This document shows, in pieces, positions 19,127 to 41,043 of a DNA stretch of 64,000 nt. Source of the stretch: the human T2T-CHM13v2.0 reference genome, Homo sapiens; NCBI RefSeq assembly GCF_009914755.1, contig NC_060933.1. One strand, 5' to 3'. Within the stretch, counting starts at the first letter, position 1. The number at the start of each line of letters is the position of its first letter. Made by a program: the position numbers and the translations under genes. A model generated the notes under the pieces. The model was not told where the DNA came from, searched no databases, and saw only the letters and a list, made by a program, of their open reading frames with translations.

Positions 19127-19496
19127 TCCTGCACACATTTTGATACATTTGTACAGAGGTGTACCTTTCTTTTTTCCTTCTTTCTTCCTTTCTTCTGTTT
19201 TAAATAGATTTTTTTAAAATGTCACATTCCAGTTGTTCACTGTTGGTATACAGGGATAAGATGACTTTTGTATATTGACATTTATCCTGAAAACGTGCTA
19301 AACTTGCTTATTAATTAAATAAGTTTTTTTGGTATATTGTTTGAAATGTTCTACATATATAGTCATTTTGTCTGCAAATAGTGACCATTTGTTTCTTCCT
19401 TTTCAGACTGTATGACTTTTCTTTCTTTTTGTTCCTTTATTTCACTGGCCAAGACTTGTAGGATGATGTTGAATAGGAGTACTGAGAGAGCATTGT

Positions 19497-19783
19497 TATC
19501 TTAATCTGTTTTCCAAGACGGCATCTTGAATGCTGCATCCTTGGGGGATGGGGTGAGGTGAGGAACAGAATGCTCTTCCTCACATGGCAGAAGAGAGAAA
19601 GGGGCAAGAGAGGGCCAAACTTGCCCTTTTATAATAGCACCAATCCTACCCATGAAGGTGACGCCCTCGTGGCCTAATCATCTCTTAAAGTTGAAAATGC
19701 ATAGCAATCTCTCTTAAAACTGTTACAATGGCAATTAACTTTTCATTTGAATTATGGAGGGGGACAAACATTAAAACCATAGC
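19497..19783 (-). mobile_element. MSTC/MSTD-like MaLR LTR (internally deleted)
   Basis: Contains CCTCACATGGCAGAAG and ends ACAAACATT.AAACCATAGCA. Confidence 0.7.
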
Positions 19784-20517
19784 AGTTGCCTTATTCAGAT
19801 CATTAAGTGTGATGTTAGCTAAAAGTTTTTGTAAATACCCTACATTAGAAGTTTCTTCTATTCTTAATTAGCTAAGAGATTTTACAACAAATATATGTTG
19901 AATTGTGTCAGATACCTGTCCTGCATCTATTGATATGGTCCTGCATCTATTGATATGATCATATGGCTATTTTTATTTAGTCTGTCAATATTGTGAATTA
20001 CATTCATTGATTAAAAATTTTTTTCTTGTAAAATACACAAAACATAAAGCTTACAATTTTAAACACTTTTGAGTGTACAATTCAGTGGTAAAAAGCCTAT
20101 TCACATTGTTGTGCAACTGTTAACACTTTCTGTCCCCAGAGCCTTTCATCACCCCAAACTGAAACTTCACACTCACTCAACAACTCTCCACTCCTGCCTC
20201 TCCTAGCACCTCTGTAACCACTATTCTACTTACTTTCATTATGAATTGTAGGTACCTCATTTAAGAGGAATCATAAAATATTTGTCATTTTGTGTCTAGC
20301 TTATTTCACTTAGCAAATGTCCTGAAGGTTCATCCATGTTGTTACATATATTGGAATTTCATTTTGTTTGAAGGCTGAATAATATTCCATTATATGTATA
20401 CATCATATTTTGTTTATCCATTCATCTGTCAGTGAACATTTGGGTCATTTCCATTTTTGGCTATTATTAGTAATGCTATCATGAACATTGGCGTAAAAAT
20501 ATTTGTTTGAGTCCCTG

Positions 20518-20874
20518 TGTATTAGTCTGTCTTTAGACTGCTATAAAGAAATACCCAAGACTGGGTAATTTACAGAGGAAAGAGGTTTATTTGGCTCACA
20601 GTTCCACATGGCTAGGAGGCCTCAGGAACAATCATGGTGGAAGGTGAGGGGGAAGCAAGGACCTTATTCATATGGCGGCAGGAGAGAGAAGAGCACAGGA
20701 AAAGCTATCATTTATAAGACCATCAGATCTCCTGAGAATACTCACTATCACAAGAACAGCATGGGGGAAACCTCCCCCATAGTTCAATCACTTGCCACCA
20801 GGTATCTCCCTCAACACCTGGGGATTACAATTCAAGATGAGATTTGGGTGGGGACACAAAGCCTAACCATATCA
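20518..20874 (-). mobile_element. MSTA/THE1-type MaLR solo LTR
   Basis: TGTATTAGTC...ACCATATCA termini. Confidence 0.85.
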
Positions 20875-21156
20875 TGCTGCTTTCAGTTATTTCTGGTATA
20901 TACCTAGAAGTGGCATTGCTGGATCTTGTGGTAATTCTATTAATTTTTTGAGAAAACACTGTACTGTTTATCACAATGGCTACACCATTTTACCTTCCCA
21001 CCAGCAGTGCAAAACAGTTCCAATTTCTACACATCTTCATCAACTTATTTTCTGTTTATAATGAACTTTTATGACAGCTTTTCTAATGGGTGCAAAGTTG
21101 TGTCTTGTGGCTTTGATTTGCATTTTCTTAATGATTAGTGATGTTTTAAAATACAG

Positions 21157-21668
21157 TGTATTAATGGAAAATTTGAGATATAGTAAGGCCAATAGATTAG
21201 GACACAACAGCCACTGGAAAGAAAAAGGGGTATACCACACCATGGGGTCCACACAGGGAAGCACCAAAATCAGCCAAGAGGCAGAGGGAGAGAAGAGAAC
21301 TATCGGTACGAGCCTTTACCGTGGTTCATTTGGGAAGGAATGGGCAAGACATGGTAATCAGGCTTAGGACTGGCTAGTTTGAATCATTTCAGCAGGCTTT
21401 GGGACAGAGGGACTTCCGCTAGTTTTCTGGTACTCAGCTCTGAGGTGTTTTGTGCAGGGGATACTGGCTCAGAGTGTGACAGCCTGATAAAGGAGGTGTT
21501 TGGAGCATGAGTTCTAGACTTGTCCGTTTGTATTTGAAAAGTGCCCTCATGTCAAATTGACTACTATTTCAAGACATTTTCTAGCCCTGGGAGGGCAGTC
21601 CCCCCAACGTCAGCAAGGGGTGATGTCAAATCATCAGAATAGAGAAAATAAAAGGCCTGGCTAATACA
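21157..21668 (-). mobile_element. ERVL solo LTR (MER68/MER77-like)
   Basis: TG...TAATACA termini and the motif GGCTTAGGA.TGGCTAGTTTGAAT.ATTTCAGCAGG. Family name is from memory. Confidence 0.6.
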
Positions 21669-24600
21669 GATGCTGAGCATCTTTTCAGTGCTTATTGTCT
21701 ATTTGTCTTTGGAGTAATGTCTATTCAAGTCCTCTACCCATTTTTGAAGTAGGCTGTTTTTTATTGTTGAGTTGTAGAAGTTCTTTGTATAGGCTGGATA
21801 TTAATCCCTTATGTCATATATGATTTGCAAATATTTTCTTTCATTGTGTGTCTTTTCACACACTTGGTAGTGTCCTTTAATGTAACAGAAGTTTCAAGGT
21901 CCAATTTATTAATCATTTTGTTCTGTTGCCTGTGCTTTTGGTGTCATATGTGAGAAATCACTGCCAAATCCTATGTCAGGAAGCTTTTCCTTTATGTTTT
22001 CTTCTAAGTGTTTTATAATTTTAGCTCTTATATTTAGGCCCTTGATCCATTTTGAGTTAATTTTTGTATACTGTGTAAATGAAGTGTCCAACTTCATTCT
22101 TTTGCGTGTGGTTATCCGGTTTTCCCAACCACTTTTATTGAACGCAGATTTTCAAATGTTGAACTAGGTTGCATTTTTGGGATGAACCCCATGTGGTTGT
22201 GATGTATTCGATTTGCTAATATATCATTTGCTGTATTTATTGCATCTATATTCATGAATGATATTGTTCTATAGATTTCTGTGAATGTTTTTTACTGGTT
22301 TGGTTATAGGGTGATGCTGGACTCAGTAAACGAATAGGAAGTTGTTGCTCTCTAATGTTTTCTGAAAGAGATTGTGTAGAACTGGTATTATTTCTTCATT
22401 AAATGTCTAGCATAATTCACCAGTGGAACCACCTGGGTCTGGAGTTTTCTTTTTGTAAGTGTTTTTAACTACAAATTCGATTTCATTAATAGATATAGGA
22501 ATATTTGGGTTATTCATTTTCTTCAACGTGTTTTGGTAGTTTGAACCAATTCAAGGAATTGGTTCATTTTACCTAAGTTATTAAATTTATAGTCATGAAA
22601 TTGTTCCTAGTATTTCCTTATTCTCCTTTTAATGTCTGTGAGGTTAGTAGTGATGTCCTCTCTTTCATTCTTTATATTGTTAATTTGTGGCATCTTTCTT
22701 TTTATCTCGGTCAGTCTTGCTAGAGGTATGCCAATAATAATTTTTTTTCAAAGAATTAGCCTTTTGTTTTGATTTCTCTATTTTTCTGCTTTCAATTTCA
22801 TTATATTTTAATTTTTATTATTTCCTCCTTTCTGCTTCCTTTGAATTTAATTTCTTTTCTCTAGTTTCATAAGGTGGAAGCTTGGGTTGTTTTAGATCCT
22901 TCTTTTCTAAAATAAGCAAGTAATGCTCAAACAGCCCTGTAAGCACTGTTTAACTGCATCTCAGAAATTTTATGTTCTATTTTTATTTTCATTATGGTTA
23001 CAATATTTTAAAAATTTCATTTAGGCTTCCTCTTTGACTCATGGGCTTTTCAAAGTGTGATGTTTAAATTAAAATTTATTATATTTTTAAAAATTAATTT
23101 TGAGGTGAATTACTTTATGGCATCAAAAAGTGCTTTTTAGTACTTTGATTTTTTTATTCTTTTAAATTTGTGTACGTTTGTTTTATGGCTCAGAGTATGA
23201 TCTGTTATGAAGAATGTTCCATGCGTACTTGAGAATAGTGTATATTCTGTTAGTGAATACTGTGCTTTTCAAAGGCCAATTAATTTAAATTGATATAGTA
23301 TAGTGCACATTATATCCTTACTGATTTTCTATTATTCTTAATTTTTTTGGGGGGGGTGAAAGTGCTTCTTATATAAGGGCAGCTGCAAAATACAGAGGCC
23401 TATGCAACAATTATTTGTTTTTTCTTAAAGTGAAAGAATGAGTGGGATCCAAGGAATCAAAGCAATAGATGGACAAACCAGGAGCACCCCTGAGTTATTT
23501 TCAGGAAACAGAGCGACAAAACACAAAGGTAAAATTTCCAGTCAAGGAATTCTTCCAACAACTTAACTTTAGCTAGTCTCAGGGATTCCCAAGCCCTCCT
23601 CTTCAGTGGAAAAGTATGACTTATTACTGCAAACCCATTACTCTGCTACAATAAACACCTTAGAACAGAGTTTTGAATCACATCTGTCTACCCAAAAGCT
23701 CAGGGGTAGAATGAGGCAAATACCCACAAAAACAAACACAAAAACCTGACAACAAAATGACCCCAGTGAGGACAAAGGTTTTTCAGAAAGTGCCTGTACT
23801 GGAAAGGCTAGATCGTAAAGCATTAAATATGGCTGTGTATCCAAGAGCCAGTTAATGTTAATACACGGGATAACCAGGTAGTTTTAACCTCTATGGCTAA
23901 CCCCATTTCTCTATTTATGTAGAGAGGGCTAGCACTGCTATATTGACAACTACCAATATACTGCTCTGTCCTTTAGCTTACCTAGGACTGCTTTTGTTGT
24001 GGTTCCTTTTAGTCAGTCAGCTGCAGTAACTTTCTACTATAGCCCAAAGGTTACAGGCACTTCCACACGGAAAATAGGAGAGCGGTTCTGGATAGCAGCA
24101 GCTGCAGCCAGTGGAAACTTTCTTAAGATTCTGACAATCTCTGTAAGCACCTGGTGAGATTCCTGAAGCACAACCTGAAAGGCTGCAGCCCCCTCCCCGC
24201 ATCTGCTACCTCCAGTGCTTTGCTCTCACAGTAGCCTATGCCTAGCCTTTAGTATTTCAGTTAAAAATTCAGCTGAATCGTTCAGGTTTCAATAGCGTCT
24301 TGGTAGCCACAGTCCTAGGTAAGCAAATGCTCAAGTCCTGTTTCTTCCTGTGGGTGCCTTGTTTTAAATGTGGGAGTAACACCTTCAGCCCTCTACATCT
24401 CCAAGGTAAAACTGGAAGTCTAAACCTTTATTTTTAATTAAACATTACTCAGTTTAACAAAAACAAAACAGTGCTGGGTGGAAAATGACAGCTTCCTCCC
24501 ACTCGCTGGAAGCAACTAATGTTAATAGGAACTTAGCTTTCTAGACAGGTTTTAATGTAGTCATACACACACAAATTTTTTTTTAAAGCCAAGAAGTAAC

Positions 24601-24811
24601 CAAATGATTTATTTATAATTTGGTTTTACATGTACATCATTTTATGGCCTGGATACTTAGGACTACCTCATTCTTTTTCCTTAGTTGCATATTTTTTTCA
24701 TTGTATGAGTGTATCATGTTTTAAAACCAATCCCTTTTTGATGGAATTTTAGTTTACATCCAGTTTTCACTGTTACGATGTGCACTGAATATATTTGTCA
24801 TTACCCACATA

Positions 24812-25556
<745 letters not shown>

Positions 25557-25585
25557 ATGACTTTGCACATTTGGGTGATTAGTTC

Positions 25586-26446
25586 TGTGGTACTTAGAAA
25601 GATTCTCTCCTTGACCAAACTCTACTCAGACTCCTCTGAGCTCTTTTACAAATTAATTTTGGCAAGAATCCTGCTAAGTCAGTTTAGCCATCCTTGACAT
25701 CTACTGAGGTTCCTCATACTCTTATCCCCCAGGTGACGTCTGATCACCCTGGCCGGCCTGCAGCAATAATTCTGTTAATTGGCTTAGCCAGAATTCCCCC
25801 TTATCCCTGATGTTTCCTCTTAGTAATTTTCCATCCACTGACCCTGCTTCTTGGCTACAAATTCTCACTCTTCCTTGAATTCGGAGTTGAGCCCAATCTC
25901 TCTCCCCTACTGCAAAACACCATTACAATGCCACAGTGGTACCTACACCTATCTCAATAGTCTTCTCCTGAACAGTCTTCCGTACCATCTGATATGGTTT
26001 GGGTCTGTGTTCCCTCCAAATCTCCTGTTGAAATGTAATCCCCAGTGTTGCAGGCAGGTGTTGATGAGAGGTGTTTAGATCACGGGGGTAGATCCCTCAT
26101 GAATGGTTTAGTGCCCTCCCCTTGGTGATAAGTGAGTTCTTGCTCTGAGTTCACATGAGATCTGGTTGTTTAAGTGTGTGGCACCTCCCCACTCTCTCTC
26201 TCTCTTGCTTCTCCTCTCACCATGAGATAACGTTGGGTTCCCCTTCACCTTCTGCCATGATTGGAAGACTTCTGAGGTCTCACCAGAAGCAGATGCCAGT
26301 GCCATTCTTCCTGTACAGCCCGCAGAACTGTGAACCAATTAAACCTTTTTTCTTTATAAATTACCTAGCCTCAGGTATTTCTTTATAGCAACGCAAGAAT
26401 GGACTAACCATGTTCAATAACTATTACGAGTATTTTTTCCTTAACA
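25586..26446 (+). mobile_element. MER31-like ERV1 LTR containing an inserted MSTA/MSTB LTR (25990-26408)
   Basis: MER31 motif AGATTCTCTCCTTGACCAAACT. MST termini TGATATGGTTTGG...GGACTAA. Confidence 0.7.
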
Positions 26447-27431
26447 GTACACATTCCAAAACTAGAGAACTGTTCAGTTAAAATGAGTACATTTAAAAGT
26501 ATGATAGATATTTCCAAATGGCCTTTGAAAAAGGTTATATAAATGTATGGTCTTACTAACACTATAGGAGGTTCCAGTCTCCCCATGCTCATCCAAACAG
26601 TCAACCTGAGGAAGGAGGGAAAGAGGAAGTGGTAGGAGCTGAAAAACTGCAGGAATTCTTAGTCTTTCTGGAAAATACATTTGGCAGTTTTATACTTCTA
26701 AATTATCTTAGAGATATGTATTTATAATTGGAAAAGGACGATTAAATTAGTATAGGAAAAATCTTTAAAGAAAAATATTTTACCACTCTAACAGTGTTTT
26801 CATGTACTTGACATCCCCTTATACATTCATAAAGCTACTTGTTAAAATTTTATACTCATTTCTATATAGCTTTAAAAATTTTCACATTTTAATATTTCCC
26901 TACATAAAATAAATCTGATATTTATTCTACCACCTTGCTAAAGTCTAACAGTGAATTGAAGTATGCAGTTTACTTAGTTGGGACTTATTCTCAAGAATAA
27001 TTAAGTGAAAATCTATGAAAATTTTTACCATTTTCCAAAAGAGAAAAATGTGACAGTGCTAGAAGAAAATATGGGTGATGAAATGTTTTTTTTAAAGAAT
27101 GACATGCAGTAAGTCGACAGGCAATTTTCTACTTTACTTCCTTTTCTCTTTCCTTTTTGCTAAAGAAAGGCTGGTCAGATATCCCTCACTAGCTGGAACA
27201 TAACAATTAAGATAAAAAAGAAAAATGAATGTACATTTTGAGTCTAAATTTCCTATAAGATGTGCTCTTTTCAGAATTGGATTTTAGACCATGGTCTGCA
27301 CATGAACACCTTAACATTTTTTCCCTCTGAACACTGAAGCCAATTATACAGAATTTTTAAACAAAAAATTTAAAAATTAATGTATTAACATTTTTCAATG
27401 ATAAATTTATATTATAATTTTAATAGCTACA

Positions 27432-32960
<5,529 letters not shown>

Positions 32961-33549
32961 TGTATTAGTCTGTTCTCATGCTGCTATAAAGAACTGCCTG
33001 AATACTGGGTAATTTATAAAGGAAAGAGGTTTAATTGACTCACAGTTCAGCATGGCTGGGGAGGCCTCAGGAAACTTACAATTATGATGCAAGGGGAAGC
33101 AAACACATTCTTCTTTACATGACAGCAGGAAGGAGAAGTGCCAAGCAAAGGGGGAAATGCCCCTTATAAAACCATCAGATATCATGAGAACTCATTCACT
33201 ATCACAGGAACAGCATGGGGATAACTGCCCCCATTACTCAGCTACCTCCAACTGGGTTCCTCCCATGACACAGAGGGAGGAGGTGCCACGTTCTTTTAAA
33301 CAACTAGATCTTGTGTGAACTCAGAGTAAGAACTCACTTATCACCAAGGGGATGGTGCTAAACCATTCATGAGTAATGTACCCATATGATCCAATCACCT
33401 CCCCCTCCAGGCCCCACTTCCAACATGGGGAATCACACCACAACATGAAATGTATTGTGTGTGTTTGTGTGGTTTTTTTTTTTTTTTTTTGCTTATTATT
33501 CTTTTTACAACATGAGATTTAGAAGAGACAAACATCTAAACCATATCAC
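32961..33549 (-). mobile_element. Composite MaLR LTR: a THE1-like part (32961-33270) fused to an MST-like part (33270-33549)
   Basis: One TGTATTAGTC start and one ACCATATCA end, but the central region (GAACTCA.T.A.TATCAC) occurs twice. Confidence 0.7.
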
Positions 33550-34726
33550 AAGGTATGCCAATAAGATCATCAGCAGAAATTTTGGAGGCCAGAAGGCAGT
33601 GAGTTGATATGTTCAAAATGCTGAAGGAAAAAAAAAAAACCCTGTCAACCAAGAATCCTATCTGGATGGAGATATGTCAGAAAGATGAATGACTAGATGT
33701 TCCTGGTGCTTTTCCCAAAGAGGGAGCTGCAGCTGCACCCTGTCTCCATGGCCTGAGCTGTTATGGTGCTATGACATCTTAGAACTGGAGCCACTGCTGC
33801 TCTGTGCTCTACTTCGGGGACCTTAGAAGACACTGTGCCCTTCATTCCTGGGACTTGCTGCCACTGCACCCAATACCCCCAGAGCCTGGGTTGCACAGTG
33901 ATACACCATTTTTAAGCTGAGTTGCTGCTGTACCCCACTCCCTGGGGCCAGACTAACACACAGCTGCTCCATCCTCCTGGGTCCCAGTTGCTGCTGTGTC
34001 TGGCCTTTCTGGTCATGAGTGGAGTCTGTGCCCTGCCTTGCTGGGAATCAGAACTGTGGCTAAGTGATGCAGCCCCACTTCCTGGGGCTGAGCTGACACA
34101 GTGCCCCACCTCTTTGGAAACTGTAGCCGTGGCTATGCTGTATAGCCCCACCTCCTGAGGCTGAAGTGTCATGGTACCCCATGGCTACCGGCTACCCAGA
34201 AACCAGAACCTCAGATGAGCTGTGCAGCCCCCGCTCCCCAGGAACCAAAACTGCAGTTGTGTTGTGTGATGCCTCTCTAGAAACTAGGATCACTCCCTGC
34301 AATCTGAGCTGCTGAGGTGCTCCACCTGGGGAATGGAGTCATCTTTGTGGCACCTGCCTCTTGAGACATGAACTATAGCTGTGCCCTGCCACTCCAGGGT
34401 ACTTGCCGCCACTGTAGCCTGTCTCCCAGAACCTGGGCTACTGTGATGTTCCACTAGCCCAAGATTTGGAGTCACCATTGTGTGGTGCCCTGTTCCCTGG
34501 GGCCTGAGTTGCTGCTGCACTGACACTCCTGTGACCTAACTTGATTCTCTGCCCCACACTCTGGGGCATGAGCCTCTAAAGCACCTGTTAATTCCCTGAG
34601 CCATGTCACTACTGCACTCTGCCACTCAAAGTCAAAGAGCTCATGAACAATTAGAAAACAAAATACAAAATGGCAGTAGTATATCCTCACCTATCCGTAA
34701 TAACCTTGAATGTAATTGGACTAAAT

Positions 34727-35230
34727 TCACCAATCAAAGGACATAAAGTAGCTGAATGGATAATGAAATAAGATGAAACTGGAGGAGCCAAGATGGCCGA
34801 ATAGGAACAGCTCCGGTCCACAGCTCCCAGTGTGAGCGACGCAGAAGACGGGTGATTTCTGCATTTCCATCTGAGGTACTGGGTTCATCTCACTAGGGAG
34901 TGCCAGACAGTGGGTGCAGGCCAGTGGGTGCAGCACACCGTGCGCGAGCCGAAGCAGGGCGAGGCATTGCCTCACTTGGGAAGCACAAGGGGTCAGGGAG
35001 TTTCCTTTCCTGGTCAAGGAAAGGGGTGACAGACGGCACCTGGAAAATCGGGTCACTCCCACCCTAATACTGCACTTTTCCGACGGGCTTAGGAAACGGC
35101 GCGCCAGGAGATTATATCCCGCACATGGCTCGGAGGGTCCTACGCCCACGGAGTCTCGCTGATTGCTAGCACAGCAGTCTGAGATCAAACTGCAAGGCGG
35201 CAGCGAGGCTGGGGGAGGGGCGCCCGCCAT
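34727..35230 (-). CDS. L1 antisense ORF0 (MAGAPPPASLPPCSLISDCCASNQRD...), open for 167 codons and running out of the element
   Basis: ATG at 35230-35228 within track ORF 34727..35299. The N-terminus matches primate L1 ORF0. Expression is unknown. Confidence 0.6.
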   Translation of the reverse strand: MAGAPPPASLPPCSLISDCCASNQRDSVGVGPSEPCAGYNLLARRFLSPSEKCSIRVGVTRFSRCRLSPLSLTRKGNSLTPCASQVRQCLALLRLAHGVLHPLACTHCLALPSEMNPVPQMEMQKSPVFCVAHTGSCGPELFLFGHLGSSSFILFHYPFSYFMSFDW

Positions 35231-35812
35231 TGCCCAGGCTCGCTTAGGTAAACAAAGCAGCTGGGAAGCTCGAACTGGGTGGAGCCCACCACAGCTCAAG
35301 GAGGCCTGCCTGCCTCTGTATGCTCCACCTCTGGGGGCAGGGCACAGACAAACAAAAAGACAGCAGTAACCTCTGCAGACTTAAATGTCCCTGTCTGACA
35401 GCTTTGAAGAGAGCAGTGGTGCTCCCAGCACACAGCTGGAGATCTGAGAACAGGCAGACTGCCTCCTCAAGTGGGTCCCTGACCCCTGAACCCCGAGCAG
35501 CCTAACTGGGAGGCACCCCCCAGTAGGGGCAGACTGACACCTCACACGGCCGGGTACTCCTCTGAGACAAAACTTCCAGAAGAACAATCAGACAGCAGCA
35601 TTCGCAGTTCACGAAAATCCGCAGTTCTGCAGAACTGCTGCTGATACCCAGGCAAACAGGGTCTGGAGTGGACCTCTAGCAAACTCCAACAGACCTGCAG
35701 CTGAGGGTCCTGTCTCTTAGAAGGAAAACTAACAAACAGAAAGGACATCCACACCAAAAACCCATCTGTACATCACCATCATCAAAGACCAAAAGTAGAT
35801 AAAACCACAAAG

Positions 35813-36828
35813 ATGGGGAAAAAACAGAGCAGAAAAACTGGAAACTCTAAAAAGCAGAGAGCCTCTCCTCCTGCAAAGGAATGCAGTTCCTCACCAGCAA
35901 CGGAACAAAGCTGGACAGGGAATGACTTTGACAAGTTGAGAGAAGAAGGCTTCAGACGATCAAACTACTCCGAGGTACAGGAGGAAATTCAAACCAAAGG
36001 CAAAGAAGTTGAAAACTTTGAAAAAAATTTAGACAAATGTATAACTAGAATAACCAATACAGAGAAGTGCTTAAAGGAGCTGATGGAGCTGAAAGCCAAG
36101 GCTCGAGAACTATGTGAAGAATGCAGAAGCCTCAGGAGCCGATGTGATCAACTGGAAGAAAGGGTATCAGTGATGGAAGATGAAATGAATGAAATGAAGC
36201 GAGAAGGGAAGTTTAGAAAAAAAGAATAAAAAGAAACGAACAAAGCCTCCAAGAAATATGGGACTATGTGAAAAGACCAAATCTGCGTCTGATCGGTGTA
36301 CCTGAAAGTGACGGGGAGAATGGAACCAAGTTGGAAAACACTCTGCAGGATATTATCCAGGAGAACTTCCCCAATCTAGCAAGGCAGGCCAACATTCAGA
36401 TTCAGGAAATACAGAGAACGCCACAAAGATACTCCTCAAGAAGATCAACTCCAAGACACATAATTGTCAGATTCACCAAAGTTGAAATGAAGGAAAAAAT
36501 GTTAAGGGCAGCCAGAGAGAAAGGTCAGGTTACCCACAAAGGGAAGCCCATCAGACTAACAGCGGATCTCTTGGCAGAAACTCCACAAGCCAGGAGATAG
36601 TGGGGGCCAATATTCAACATTCTTAAAGAAAAGAATTTTCAACCCAGAATTTCATATCCAGCCAAACTAAGCTTCATAAGTGAAGGAGAAATAAAATCCT
36701 TTACAGACAAGCAAATGCTGAGAGATTTTGTCACCACCAGGCCTGCCCTAAAAGAGTTCCTGAAGGAAGCACTAAACATGGAAAGGAACAACTGGTACCA
36801 GCCACTGCAAAATCATGCCAAAATGTAA
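35813..36828 (+). pseudogene. L1 ORF1p, disrupted by a frameshift at about 36218 and a stop at 36598-36600
   Basis: Track ORFs 35813..36229 (MGKKQSRKTGNSK...) and 36268..36600. Confidence 0.9.
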
Positions 36829-36891
36829 AGACCATCGAGACTAGGAAGAAACTGCATCAACTAACGAGCAAAATAACCAGCTAACATCATA

Positions 36892-40853
<3,962 letters not shown>

Positions 40854-41006
40854 TGATGAGTTAATGGGTGCAGCACACCAGCATGGCACATGTATACATA
40901 TGTAACTAACCTGCACATTGTGCACATGTACCCTAAAACTTAAAGTACAAAAAAAAAAAAGATTAAACTATATGCTGCCTATAAGAAACTCACTTTAGCT
41001 TTAAGA

Positions 41007-41011
41007 ACTAT

Positions 41012-41043
<32 letters not shown>

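Larger units (their letters stand above)
18470..23335 (-). mobile_element. Nested minus-strand L1M/L1MB fragments interrupted by an Alu and by LTRs
   Basis: T-rich antisense L1 ORF2 and 3' UTR sequence (track ORF 21909..22097, MKLDTSFTQYTKINSKWIK). Confidence 0.72.

Noticed and set aside
33700-34620. Repeated GC-rich units resembling a CRISPR-like or novel array
   Set aside because: The units are degenerate, with no constant repeat/unique spacer structure. They fit an old L1M 5' UTR tandem region in eukaryotic DNA.
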